Below, piece after piece: positions 36,378-49,906 of a stretch of DNA of 64,000 nt (positions within the stretch are counted from its first letter, which is position 1; each line of letters opens with the position of its first letter). Location: NCBI RefSeq assembly GCF_964355755.1, contig NC_092675.1, forward strand, positions 27,562,912 to 27,626,911, in the 5' to 3' direction. Made by a program: the position numbers and the translations under genes. The notes below the pieces were generated by a model that was given only the letters and a program-made list of their open reading frames with translations, had not been told where the DNA came from and made no database searches. The stretch is from Antedon mediterranea (Eukaryota; Animalia; Echinodermata).

Positions 36378-39300
36378 TTAAAGGTCATTGTTGCGAATAA
36401 ACCTATTACCCTCCGAGTGACGGCCATAGTAAACATATCTGCACTGTCCAAATGTTCCTGAAACAAAATGTACAAAACATTATTTAATTACTAGTAAATA
36501 TTTAAAATACCCCTATTATTATAATGGTATGATCCATAACATTAATGTCAAAACTTAAAGTATGGCTTTCTAATTTAAGATTTTGATGTTTTGTCTTTGA
36601 TAAGAATTTAAAAAAATGAGTTGTAAAATATTTTTTTTAAATAATACCTTGATGATTGCCTCCATCTTTAACTTCCTGAGGTAAGGGTGTGTAGCGGCTT
36701 GTTGGTGATGACGGTACATCATGATCACTTGACTAGATATTATGAAGAAAAAAATAACTCTTGTTTACAAATTTTAGCCTATATAAAATTTATGAATTTG
36801 ATTTATGAATTTTTAAAACATTTTCTTTACAAGATATTTATTTTTTCTGTAGAGATCTTTAGTGTCGATACATTTGTGGTTAGGATTCAGATCCACAAAG
36901 CAAACATTTTTAAGTCAGTTACTGAACAGTGATGATCGAAATGCGCATATTTTTTATATAGAGTATATTAAGACAAATTGCTATACACAAGATTTTTTTT
37001 TTTGCCATTAGAAAAAAAGGGTAGTATCTGTAAGATGTAAGAGTTAATCACTTCTCAGGTAAACATTTATTTGCGTGAGATTTAGTGGTAAAAAGCAGCT
37101 CTGTTGTCGGAAGAAAGTATAAATTCCTCTTTGAGCTGTTTTTAATCTTTGTCATGTTGTAACGTATTATTTACTAATATGTTTTTACAAATGATTTATT
37201 AAGCTGCTATGTAATGAACAACACACAAGTAAGTCTCTTTTCCTATCAAACTCAACTAAATGACTGAATGAAAATAGGTTTATTTTGGCTAATACTATTT
37301 TCCTAAATTTCTGATTCCAACTAGTTTAATTTAATAGATCTATTTTCAAAAACCAAAAGATCCTCAAAGATAACTAAATTAATTAAAAAAATTATCCAAT
37401 CCAAGTAATAAATATACTCCAAATAAGTGTACGTCGTTGTATGACGAATATTGCTATTACTACCAACCATTACATTTTTCACCTTTTATGAGTGTCATTG
37501 TATGGACATGTTTTCCAATAAATGAATGATTGATAGTAAATATAGAGAAAGCTTAGTACTAATCTTATCTCCTTATATATACTTCCTCCATTGCTGAAAA
37601 CAGACCATTAACTTTCGATAGAGGCTAACGACCCCCGCACAGTATACACTGTATAAGGATAAATTAAGAATATATCATCTGCCGCTTAAACAATCTCATT
37701 TACTCTACCCAAATAAAAGCCTGTTCTCTTATGTTGATAACGTGCAAATGTATGGTAGTAAACAAAACGTACTTCCAACCACAGACCATATCACGTAAAG
37801 GTCAGTTAATGGTCAAACTGGTGCAAATTTTGACCATAAAATAAAGAAATTGGGAAAATTGTGATTGATTGATGTCCAATTTAGTGACAATCGTAAACAA
37901 AATATAGGTAACTAGCTGTATGATGCTTTACATCCTTTCACACCCCAGCAACACATACAACAATAAAACAATATAATTCCATCCTATCTTACTGAACGTT
38001 TTTCCCTTAAAACCCAAAAATTACCCCACAAGGTCAAATGACTAAATACTAAATGTTGTTCATCTAAAAACAGAGTATAAAAAGAAAAGTCTGACTTATC
38101 GTGGTGCAATGTTGTGGAATAATTAAAATGATCTAACTAGAAATGCACCTACAGTTAAAGTATTTGTTAAAACTTTTGTAAAGTAATGGTTTTTACTTCA
38201 TATAAAAATAATGAATGTTTATGAGTGAAATGGTACAAATAATTTCATGGGGTGAAAGATGACGGGTTATATTTTCACAATGGGAATGCCAAGTGAAAAT
38301 ATAAAAAAATGTTCTTCTTTAACCAAAGAAATTATTTGTATCATTTCACAAATAAACATTCAATATTTGTTTTCACAACTACTGTGAATAATGACAAAGA
38401 ATTAACATATCTAGGTCTAGTGATACAGGAAAAAAAAGCCGCATAAGGCAACTGAAACTGATCTAGGCTAATTCTACTTTTTTCATCTCTTTTTGGTTAA
38501 AATTAGTACATATAACTCTCCAAAAATGTTACTACCGATTAATGGTCATTTTTAATGTTGTTGTTTATATGCCAAAGTCAAGCAAAAAATATGCGGCGCT
38601 ATTGTTTGTTTTTATGTATGAAGTTTTTTTATTGCAAAAAGATTTGAAAAATACTATCAGACAATCATTAATGTCGAGCATGCTATATATAAGTGCAGTT
38701 CATTTATTATGTTACCCACAATTGTCCAATCAAATTACATTTATAAAATCAGATGTTGGAGAGTAGATCAGTTGATAGTTATGACATGGGGTTATAAAAA
38801 AAGGGCCTATAAAAAAAGGGCCTATAAAAAAGGGGCCTATAAATATTGGCAATAAATAGCAATAATTTATATAGCAATGACTTATATACAGATAAAATTA
38901 TTAAAGTGCATATCACTATTGGTTGAAAATACACAGTAAGTAGCAAATATTAATACCTGCAATATCTGTATAAACAAAATTAAAAATGTAAATGAATTCA
39001 AGTCTAAATTTGTATGAATAATTCATACAGACAAATTATTAAAAACAAAGAAACCATCATTAATATTTAATACTTCTAAAATTGTTATGAATTATACATA
39101 AATATTATCAAAAGGACTTAATTATCATCCTCATATAGGGGCAGAAAACAATAGCCTATTGTAAATAATATTCCATTACAAAAAAAGAATAAATTATCAT
39201 TAATATTTTAATTCTCAAACTTGGAATGAATTAAAACATAATGAAAGTTGTTATCCGTCCACAAATATTAATTTGATATAAAAATGAACGAACAATAGAC

Positions 39301-42300
39301 AATTTGTTATTTGAGAGACTTAGGTGTTTACATGACTTAGTATCAGGTCAACTGCGTTCAATCTCTACAATCTTCGTAAACACCTATTGTGAATGCTGTG
39401 TACGTGCTGATGCAGTACTGGATCTAGTTAGCTTTGAGTAAACAAACAAGGCTACTGCTCATGTGGACATTGATTCAGACCGTTCTATTCCATTGTCCAT
39501 TTGCCCTTGTGAATTAGAACTCCGTTCACCCTAAAGGAGGATGACCATAGGGGGATGACCCTAGAGGGAATAATTACCCCTTGTTGATAGTATTTAATGA
39601 TAATGAACATGATGAAGTAAAGACAACATACATTTTACAAAATTATCTTTATTTATATCATTCATAATCATAGGTTTCTTTTTAAAGATGTATTGTCCCC
39701 CAAAAACATTTAAATTAATTAAATCAGACTTTGAATATTATATATATAGGTTATATTGTAGTTAATCAGTTCACAAAAATAATGTTTTCACTTGAATGAC
39801 AAAATAGATGGTTAAATTCAACAGAACCAATTTGACTATTTTTGCTTTAAATTACAGTTTTTTTAGGTAAATAAATTGTTTTTCTATCCAATATTTGGTC
39901 AAAGTAGATATATGTGACATTAAAATGGCATATTCAACAAAAATTGTTTAAAGAATTATTTTGTCGGGGAGAAAATACATCTTTAACTTAATAATATTTA
40001 AAAAAACAGGAAATTCTAAGGATCTATCTAAGGTGGCAAGGGTGGTCATATGATTTTTAAAACAAAGGAGGGTGAGGAAGGGGTTTAGAAATGTTGAACA
40101 ACAACTATACAAAGTTTAAATTGTATTTTTACTAGAAGTTTTTAAATTAACCTTTCAAAACTGCATCATTGCTGTCGTCATGTTAGTTTCCGTGAAACCA
40201 CTGGGGTCCATCCGTCTTTCCTCTAAGACCCTAGATCAGCAAAATATATCAACAAACTCTAGGATTATCTAGAAATAAACTTGTCTTGTCTAATTGTCAA
40301 AATGTGAGGCATACTGCATACTGTATCTTAAGCGCTCGAATGTACCTGGGCAAACAAGTTGCGGTACCCTGGGAAAAAACCGCAGATTTGATTTATTCAA
40401 CACAATGAGCTAAAGCTGCACTATCCAGGGTGAGTTTTAGTCAATTACAATGTGAAGTGTTTATGTAGTCTGAACATTATACTGATTTCATTCCTTCTTG
40501 CAGAGTATTCAAATAAAACAATATAATAATAATGTCTACACTATCAAACTACTTTGACAAATAAAGTGTGATATGCCCAAATATGGCAGTGATAAAACAT
40601 CATGTCCATATATGGGCACATCATGTCCATATATGGGCACATCACAGATTTTTGTCACATAAAGTTCAATAGTGCAGACAGAGTCTCTAGTCATTGTTTC
40701 TCTTCATATTGTTAGTATTAAATAGAACTTAAAGAATAGAATTCATCTTTCACATCATGAAATTATTTGTACCATCGCACTCATAAACATTCAACATTTG
40801 CATATTATAGCAATATTAGCTAACTTTAATCAGGTTCACCTCAGGATGCGGTCTTCCATTCAATGACGTAACCAAGCCCAAAGTTGCTTAACAGTGATGA
40901 GAGCTGGTGTTTGAATGCAGTAAGGCCTATAAAACTACATGCCACGCAGAAATACATTGTATACACAAATGTATAGAAAATTATTCTCATAATTTACTAA
41001 TATAGTATTCATCAACCAGTATTTTGTTAATGAAGATAATGATTATGAATAATGACTATAATAGGCTTCACGCCGTGGGCTTCCAGACAGTTTGAACCGT
41101 CACATATTTCTATTCATAACATAAACCAGAACTGATACAAGCCTACCAGTACAACTTCCACTATTGAAAATAATGTGAAAATTATATATTATTCTAGGAA
41201 ACTATTTATAGAATATACTCATTCTCATAATATTATTTATATAGACATGTCAGGGAACTATTTTCAGGCATAAAAATATATTTTCAGTTGATAAACAATA
41301 GTGTACAGCATAATATTTGTCAAATTGAAAATCTGTTATTACTACTCTTATCAGGTGAACACTAGATTTGGTGAAAAGGATTGAAAACAACCTGAACAAA
41401 AAAGTATTTGTACTTTTTCCCTGTTTTCCTAACTGTTCAAATTATTCAAGTATTTAGATACTCAACGAATACTGTATCTACTTCCCGAATAAAATATCCA
41501 ACAATACGAATTTATTGATAATCAATAAACCATAATGAAATATAACTTACTTCTCTTTGGTAAAAACTTAATAAGTTGACTTATTAATACTTATTTTAAC
41601 AATTGTAACTTTGAGTACTAAGTAATTTGCTTTGTTGCTTTTTATGTACTGGAAGTTGGAGTTAAAGGGTGACACCATTCCTGATAATAGTGGTATATAT
41701 ATCCTGACACCTTCCACCAACACAACCCCCTCAGCACGCCACTTTTACTGTGTTGTCATGTAATGTCATGTTATGTCATTTCTAAACAGAGTTAAAAACT
41801 TTCTAGCCCAGAAATTTTGCATACAGAAAAATGTATAAACAATTCAAATTCAACCTTGAAATTAATAATTAATGCTAACATCTGCTTCTACTCGAACCAA
41901 AAACCAGGGACGACCATATTTATATCTGCAAACATTACCTATCACGCCATTACTAATCTGGGTTTCACAATACTCTCTGATTGGCTCTCATCGAGTTAAT
42001 AAAGGGGTAATTTGAACAGACCAATGTACAGTTTGGATCGAGTAACACCTTCAACAAGCCTCCACATAAACGCAGCATGTTGACAACAAGATCATGTGAT
42101 TACAATAAATGTTCTATAAATAATATAATTGACAATATTATCATCTGGATAGGTTTAAGTTGCTGCTCGTATTAGATTACGAGCTACAATATAACACAGT
42201 GCTGTACTAAGTTCACAAGCCAGCTTTACAACAGGAGTATGCAGGCTATTGTTAGTGGTGGGTAGGGACGGGGTTGAATTTTAGCCATATGATTGCTTTT

Positions 42301-45300
42301 TTCACCCTCCTTTTATTTTCAAGCGATCTAGGACAATCTTTTGATTGGTTAAAAGTGCTATATAAAAATACCAACATAATATAATATTGCCACATGTTTT
42401 AATGTTTTCTTTCTATTCATTTATTTGTATTACCGTATATATGAAATCCCGATTTTACACAAACTTGTGCTAGCCTAAATTTTGTTATTTCGTTCCTAAT
42501 TTCCAAAAACTCCATACTTAATGGTAAAGTTTAGTTCTTAAACTTGTGTTTGTGTAGTTATGTGTTTACATTTATATATATAAGTATATAATCTTCTTAC
42601 ATGGCTTCCCAACATACAAGTTTCAATTGGATTTTTTTTTTCCAATTGATCGATACTTTCTTGGGTTTTTTTGCCTCTTTCATTTTGTATATAACTGAAT
42701 CATCTTTTTATACATTATGATTTACTGTATTATATCTCCAAAAAAAAAAAAATATTTATTTATAAAATATCAGAAATTATAATGTTTTTTACTCAAATAT
42801 GAATGAAAGAAATAAATGTTTATTTGAATTTGAATTTGAATCTTAATAAACCATTAGAAATGTTTTAATTGATGATAGATAAAAACATATAAAGGTAATA
42901 ATTCTAAAACAAGGATGGTTAGGAGGTCACCGACAGGTAAAAATAAGAGGAAGAACCTTGAAAAGTTAGGCAGGCTTACAGATTAGGGATACAAGCCAGC
43001 CAGGTGAAATCAAGCATAGATTTACCCTCTAACCACAAAAACCGTTTATAGTATGCTTAGCTTCCTAAGCTTGATTAAAATCTTACCTGTTGTTATCTCT
43101 AAAGTAAATTAAGATAAAATTACTATACTATAAGACAAAGGGGAAAAAGGGTACAGTAAGTAAGTTCCCAAGCGCCATGGGTCAATGGGTCAATGGGATT
43201 TCTGTCTCCCTGTGTCACGAATTTGGTATAACATGAGTAGCCCTCGAAAAGCCTGGAAAACAAATTTGATTAACTTAATTTTTTTTTAGTTTCAGTGTTT
43301 CAGTATTGCATTTTATATTGATAACCTTCTCTGTTTTTCTGTATTCCTAATTTTTTATCTTGTATCATAGAATCCTAGAAAAACTAGTAGTGTGTCATCA
43401 GCAACAGTTACAAACTGTTACAAACATAAGTACGAACTTAAGATACTGTACATATTATAATGTATTTGGACAAATGGAATAAACGACAGTTGAACCTCTC
43501 CTTTTGGACATTTTATTCCTGAAACGAACAGAGCATTTAATTTAATACTATGCCAACCAATATTGATGGGACACCATTATTAAGAGACTTTGTCTTAGGT
43601 GTCATTTAATAATAGGAGTTTTACTGTATATAATTTCACTTAATTTCAATAAAATCCACAAAGATATTTACAATACAAGTCGTACAAAATGAGGCCAGAG
43701 TGAATTACACTTTTACAATGAGATATTTTACTTTTCAATCCAGATCAAACTGAGTACAATATGTATACTGAAAATAAAAGAACAATCTTACAGCAAGGTT
43801 TACCAATGTATTGATTGATGTAAAAGTTTGAAAAACACAAAGACACTACAAGGTCTTGACTTTCACAAAACCTGTACAAGTTAATCCAAAGTTTAACCCT
43901 TTGATCTACACATGGCCTGAACCGAGCTTCCCACTTCTGTGTTGGGCCATTGGCCCATGGTTTCCTTTTGGGCCATTTGCCAAATTTTTAATAAATAAAA
44001 AAAACCATAAGCCTAATGTGATAGTCACGAGGAAGAAAGACGACAGATTTTAAGTATATACATTTGGCGTTTAAAATCTATTTTTTTATGGTTATAGCTT
44101 AATATTAATGCAGCCCAAGCAGAAAAACCAATTTAACCCTTTGAAATTCGCACATGTTTTTAACCCATAAGCTTAATATGATTTTCAAAATAGCCAAAAA
44201 GAAATAAGTTATGAATATAGGATTGTTCAAAAAGTTGTAGTGACACCATTATGACAACTGTCTTGAACAACTAAACACCACCTCAAAATTGAGCTAGTCA
44301 CTTTTGTGTCACATGATTAAATGCAATTTTTTTATTTCATTTATCTAAGTTATATAAAAATCAAGGCTTGCGTCAACCTAGAACTGAAAGGAAATTCCAA
44401 AAAATGCAATGCTTCGATCGACTGAACACAAATGACAGGCATACGTCAACATATTCAGTAATTTACTTTCAGTTGCACACGCATGTCTTATTTTACTGGA
44501 ACTATAGACACAGGCGTGTAGAATGCGAAAGACCTCAACATCCTGGCTACGGGTCATGTACCTGAGGACATGACCGCTACAGGTGACCTACAGTGAGTTA
44601 CTTTCAGTTCAACGCTGACATAAACACCTCCGTTGCTTTCGATTTCAACCAACCTGTTGCTCAAAGAGTTTTGAGGAAATAGGTAATGAGTTGAGTTATA
44701 CTTCCAGAAGGTGGAGGATTGGTTCTATGAAAATAGCATTTGCAGGAAATAGCCAACAAAGAGCTGACTTGTGAAATTTTTCTTTAAATAGTCGAGAAGA
44801 GAATATAGTTGAAAGAGATTATTTTCTTTTTCTTTTAATAGTTGATAAGAGAATATATTTGAAAGAGATTATTTTAATGGTTAGAATAGGTCAGCTATCT
44901 CGCATTCTATATTTTGTTATCTGCTAATAGCTGATATATGTGGAGGAATTATTATAGAACAAATCCTGCACCTCTTTATGTGGTTCTAGTTGTTGACATA
45001 AGCCAATAGGTACTTTTAGATTTTCACATCAATTATTTTGACTGCTACACTATTACGTCATTTTTATGATATGCGAATGCGCTAGGTAACTGGCCTGTCG
45101 ACTGGCAAATTTAAGCACTTGTTCAGTGGCATTTTGGTGTTCGCTCTCTGACACGAGTACCAGTATGATGTAATAAAAAATATTTGCTGTGAATTATTGG
45201 TTAATTTAAATAAAGTGTTTAAAAATACAGATTATGGCCTGGTTCTTATCACTCAGACGCCAGCCTTTGTTCAAATTAAGAATGTAGGCTAGGTCTAAGC

Positions 45301-48300
45301 TGCACACTTACTGTTGGCTGGCCTAAGGTTGTGTACTTCCAACGGCCCAGCGGGGTGTAATAGAGATTACAAGGTCAGATGATCCCGCGGTCATTACGTC
45401 ATATGTTCACTGGCACGTCAACGTAAATGTCCACTTGATCTAATCGTTGATATATCTGTCGACGAGTAACAGTCAACTACGACCCACTCATATCTAAAAG
45501 TCCCTAATATCTACAACAACATGCTGGTACCATAGTGCTGTATCAAACATACATTTTCATTTATTTAATACAAAAAATCCACTGTTAAAATAAAGTAAAA
45601 CTCTTACCGCTTCCATTGGCTTAACGACCCTTAAAAAAGCGCCCTTTCTTTTAGATTCTTCTCTTTCTTTTCTTGTTACTTGTTTTGAGTCAAGAAACTT
45701 TAACTTTGGAAGATTGTATAATACTAAATATCTGTAGAGAAAGACAAAAGATAAGACAAAAAAGTTTATATTATTGCATGCAATATTTATGTATATATTT
45801 ATATTTAAACAATTTATAATATATATATATATATGTATTTATTAATACAATGTCAATGTGAATGTAGATGGACCGCAAAATGTCAGATTTCCCTCTTACG
45901 ATAATTTCTCTTTTTGGGAGTTTCTGTTACTTTATGTTTCCCGTTAAATGTGCAATTTCTTCAGATTTTTTTTATACTTAAAATATTCTGCATAAATATA
46001 CCATTTAAGCTTACAATAATTAAAAGTATTTTCCATCTTTAGTACAAAGAAAATACAATATGCACAATGGCATATGCCATGCTTGGAAAATGACTAGCTA
46101 CCAAGATTATAGCCCTCTATGTTTGGATGTAATGTATTTTAACAGTTTTGCCATGCTTTTATATAGTTTCTCAGTATTTCATTTCTCCAGTTTTCAAAAT
46201 CTGAAATGTTAAAAGTTTAAAGACAAATTCTGCTGAAGGTGACAAGTCAAAGTCCAATCCAAACGGTGGCTACAATTCCTTAAGGTTAAATTAACCCTAA
46301 TGGTTAATTTTACTGACCACTAGCTGCCCAGTAGATCTTATCACAGTCTTGGTAAAATTAACAAAGTTCAATGTTCAACCATGTGAATATTCCAAGGGTG
46401 GACAAAGGTCAAAAGTACAGGCTGTAAAATGTCTATGGTTAAGGTTAAGCTCTGTCTACACTAGCAAAATAGAACTTGGACAAAAAAGTGTGATGTGCCC
46501 AAATATGGTAGTGATATGACATCATCATGTCCATATATACATTTTTTTGTCACATAAAGTTTGATAGTGTAGACAAGGCTTATGTGGTGGGTATGTAATG
46601 TAGCTTATATAATTTTTGCAAATTATACATTATAAAATTAGTAAATATTGAAAATAGTTCACCTGTATCTTTTATAATCTTCTTCATCTTTATCTGATGA
46701 TGAAAGTTCATTTGGGCATGCTATGTTGCCTAGGAGACTAATGTAGGTCAAGGCTGGTAGTTGAGTTTTTAGTTGTTCTAATAATACCTCCAAATCTGTG
46801 ATGTAATAAAAACTAAGGAAAAACAACAATAATTATAGAGGGCTCACTACAAATCACATCTACATTTTCAGACTTAATGTGATAACAAATGTGATGAACA
46901 TGGACATGATGATGTCATATCACTACCATATTTGGGCATATTACTACCATAATATGGGCACATTATATTGTTTTTGTCACATCAAGTTTGATAGCTTTAG
47001 AAAGCATAGAAAGACACTTTTTCCACATAAAATATGTATCTACCCTGAATGGGTTTTCCACTCAACCGCCCATCTGATCCATGTTTTGTGTAAATGATTC
47101 ATAAGAAATAACATAGATTCTATATTTTTATTTTCCGCTTACCATTACTGTTACCGCTCGTCTATGTAAATTGGACTTTAAAGGTAATTTTTAAATACCT
47201 CTCTATTTACAACTTTTTATTAGATAATTTGAATTACAGTACTGATAAGTATGTACTTGTAATCTAAAAAATATAAAAAAATATATAAAAATATACACAA
47301 ATTTCAAATGGTTGAGTGTAGAAACATTAGGGTGTGTCAGTTAGTCAGTTGAAAGTTTTTTTAACTTAAAAAAAATATAAAGGATATTTTGTTTTTATTT
47401 AGCATTAACGTGTGCAGCTGTGTAAAGTTAGGTATTCGAACTTGGTCATCAATTTCATTATTGTCCAATATCAATTCCTGTAGACTTGAAAATGACTCCA
47501 AACCAAATAAATTTCTGTGAAGAGAAAAAGTATTTGTTATTTTGAAAGCCTATGACAATACTTTGCCTTTGCGACTGTTTTATTAATAGAAAATACAAGA
47601 ACGATGATTTTACACTTTATCTAAACAACGCACAATCTGCATGTACTTTTCTAGTAGGCTATATATGTGGGGTCAATTTAAGGTCAACATGGATTTTTTT
47701 ACATGTCTTTCGGTTCCGTGCCATACGTAAAATGTAGGTGCTACTGTATAAGTATAAAATAAAAATCGGTGACAAATTGCATTGCATACACTCAACAACT
47801 AACCAATACCTTTAACATATGAAACAAAGACAAAACACTATATTAAAATTACAAAAGTATATCTAAATTGGGCTAGATAGTTAGTTTATTTTTATACTGG
47901 GTGACCTCTTCAGTCAAAGACTGATTTCCCAGAGGGCCCAGTTGGGGATCAGTGGCTGTGTGTGTACTAATACACCGGGGTAACCCCCTACTCGTCTCGA
48001 AAGATGTACTAGGTTCTTTAAAGTGCACACAAGCTAGTTGTGTACACTGGACCTACGGTTTATAGTCCTTATCCAAGAAAACTCGTTCTACCACCAGAAC
48101 CATGGAGTAAGTGAGCCTCGAACCCTTGCCGATGTTATGGCTACGTAATTACGGTTCCACTGTCTTAACCGCTCGGCCACTCACAGTGCAAATCACTGGT
48201 GATGTCTAATGGCACATTCAATACTTAACTTAGTGGTTAGCTCATATTTGGCCAGCAGGCAGGATTTGGCAAGAGGACCATTTGAGAACCCGGACCCATA

Positions 48301-49591
48301 GTATCATGTGAAATTTAGATGTACCTCTAAATAATAATATTCATGTTTATTAAAAAGTTAAGTCATGCAGAAAATTGATTTGTAATTGATTTATAATATG
48401 GATCAAAATGACATCAACTTGACGCATTTCTAACTTATTTTTTTACTAGCAGAGTTGTAATACCGCTTTTGTGTTTGTTAAGTTTCACATTCCTTATGTT
48501 TAAAAATAAGGAGATGGCCATACACAACTGGAAAATAAAATGAATTATGTTTATAAAATCAACTTCCTAAACACGTCTCTCCCAATAAAATGAATGTTGT
48601 TCAGTAATTTCTAGTTTCTTTTCATTTTGATTGGCCACCTATGTATACTTTTTTAGATCTAACTAATAAATGAATTACTTACCGTAAACTGTTGAAACTT
48701 AAATCTAGTCTAGTGATAACTTGTCCGTATTCTTCACACAAACCAGTTGGCACAGATATAAGGTCAGCTCCTATTAAAGACAACTTAAAAAGAAAACCAC
48801 AGAAAACTATTATATTAATTGGTTGGTGTGATAAAACAGACAGGTCTTACAGCAACTAGAGCATGAGGACATTTTTTTTTTCATTAATCTAAAAATTAAG
48901 ATTTTATTATTAAAAATGCAAATTTAGTTATTAGCTGGCTAGGTCCCTCTACCTGTATATTTTAGGTATTTTATTAGCCTAGGCCTACTCATATGAGTCA
49001 TCAACAAAGATAAAAAATTGCATCACTCGTATTGTATGCACACATGCCTCTGAAACACAGCTTCTTAAATCTATTATAGGCCTGTGGCTCTAGCTGGTAG
49101 GGTACAGAATCAAAACACCGTCACGAGACCAAATGCCTAAACTATAAATTAAATGACTAGGCCTAGTAGGCCTAGCCTAGGCCTAAATAATAATAATACT
49201 ACTACTGAACTGTAAGTGTAATAATATAACAGTTCAGTACAGTACATTTGTTCTGTGTACCAAATGAAATGTACTGGGATTGAATTACATAGTTGGTATA
49301 CAGTAGGACTGCGCCAGGCCTCTATCTAGCCTAGGCTAGTTTAGTTAGGCCTATAGTATTACTAGGCCTAGGCCTATATAATACTGCAGTACAGTAATTA
49401 AATGTGTGGTGAGGATATGAATGCTAGCCTAGACGCGCACGGTTCTTACATCATCCTAGCTAGCTTGGCCTAGCAAATATTTTCTTTGTTTATGAAACAA
49501 GTAACAATATAATATACACCTGAGTTCCTTGGATAACTGGAACCAGTAACGATTGAACTTGATCATCTTCTTTCTTCTCCGAGTCTTCCAT
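36378..49591 (-). CDS. LRMDA: LRMDA (C10orf11), leucine-rich melanocyte differentiation-associated protein
   Basis: Not in the ORF track. Exons 49591-49520, 48783-48683, 47514-47388, 46802-46663, 45731-45608, 36732-36648, 36457-36378. Translation ...[14 protein letters not shown]...[10 protein letters not shown]...LQELILDNN...[14 protein letters not shown]...[44 protein letters not shown]...RYTPLP...[21 protein letters not shown] closely matches vertebrate LRMDA. Confidence 0.95.
39682..39986. mobile_element. MITE with TIR TTAAAGATGTATTGTCCCC; partial relative ending near 26506
   Basis: Left TTAAAGATGTATTGTCCCCC, right GGGGAGAAAATACATCTTTAA. The same end, GGGGGACAAATACATCTTTAA, occurs near 26486-26506. 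Confidence 0.7.
40534..40685. mobile_element. Short MITE family (TIR CTCTGTCTACACTATCAAAC), copy 1
   Basis: GTCTACACTATCAAAC...GCCCAAATATGG...GGGCACATCAC...ATAGTGCAGACAGAG. Relatives at 46447-46581, 46878-46996 and 61576-61685. Confidence 0.8.
42606..42840 (+). repeat. Dispersed repeat, copy 2 of 36035-36240
   Basis: Same conserved blocks as 36035-36240, ending in TTTGAA repeats. Confidence 0.8.
45007..45506. mobile_element. Putative PIF/Harbinger-like MITE
   Basis: TAGGTACTTTTAGAT at the left and ATCTAAAAGTCCCTA at the right form an imperfect 15-bp TIR pair. Confidence 0.5.
46447..46581. mobile_element. Short MITE family copy in LRMDA intron 4
   Basis: AAGCTCTGTCTACACTA...TAGTGTAGACAAGGCTT termini; internal GCCCAAATATGGTAGTGATATGACATCATCATGTCCA. 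Confidence 0.85.
46803..47387 (-). other. U12-type (minor spliceosome) AT-AC intron, LRMDA intron 3
   Basis: 5' end ATATCCTTT, branch region TTTTCCTTAG about 11 nt from the 3' end, terminal AC. Removing it joins NKNK|ITDL in frame, matching LRMDA NKNRITDL. Confidence 0.9.
46878..46996. mobile_element. Short MITE family copy (inverted relative to 46447-46581) inside the AT-AC intron
   Basis: 46901-46938 is the exact reverse complement of 46496-46533. Confidence 0.8.
47885..48182 (-). mobile_element. tRNA-derived SINE, near full length
   Basis: Minus strand: A box TGGCCGAGCGG, B box GGTTCGAGGC, central block TATAAACCGTAGGTCCAGTGTACA...GTGCACTTTAAAGAACC...TTTCGAGACGAGTAGGG, and an A-rich tail. 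Confidence 0.8.
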
Positions 49592-49906
49592 TTCTCCTAT
49601 TTGAAAAAAAGATTGTTTTGATAAAAATCAGAGAATTTCATTTCCTTTCCGAAAAAATAGTCGTATTCACCTGACTTGAATTGCGCCCTCAATTTTGCAG
49701 TCACACTGGAAAATTAATCCTAGGTAAACTTCTCCCAAGGCGATTGGTAAATTAGACCCCTGTTCGCACTTGGATAATTTCACCAGATAGTTTATCAAAA
49801 TTTAATTACACTAAAAACTAAAATTGAACTACATGGTCACGATGAATTGGTAAACTCATGGGTTGACCAGTCGCACTTTTAGACTTTTTAGCCAGTATGG
49901 TTTAGT

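Noticed and set aside
45050-45425. TTACGTCA/GCACGTCA CRE-like cluster as a native enhancer
   Set aside because: Falls inside a putative MITE (45007-45506), so not counted as independent regulatory evidence.
48105-48182. Functional tRNA gene on the minus strand
   Set aside because: A and B boxes are present, but the stems do not close and the sequence continues into a SINE body.
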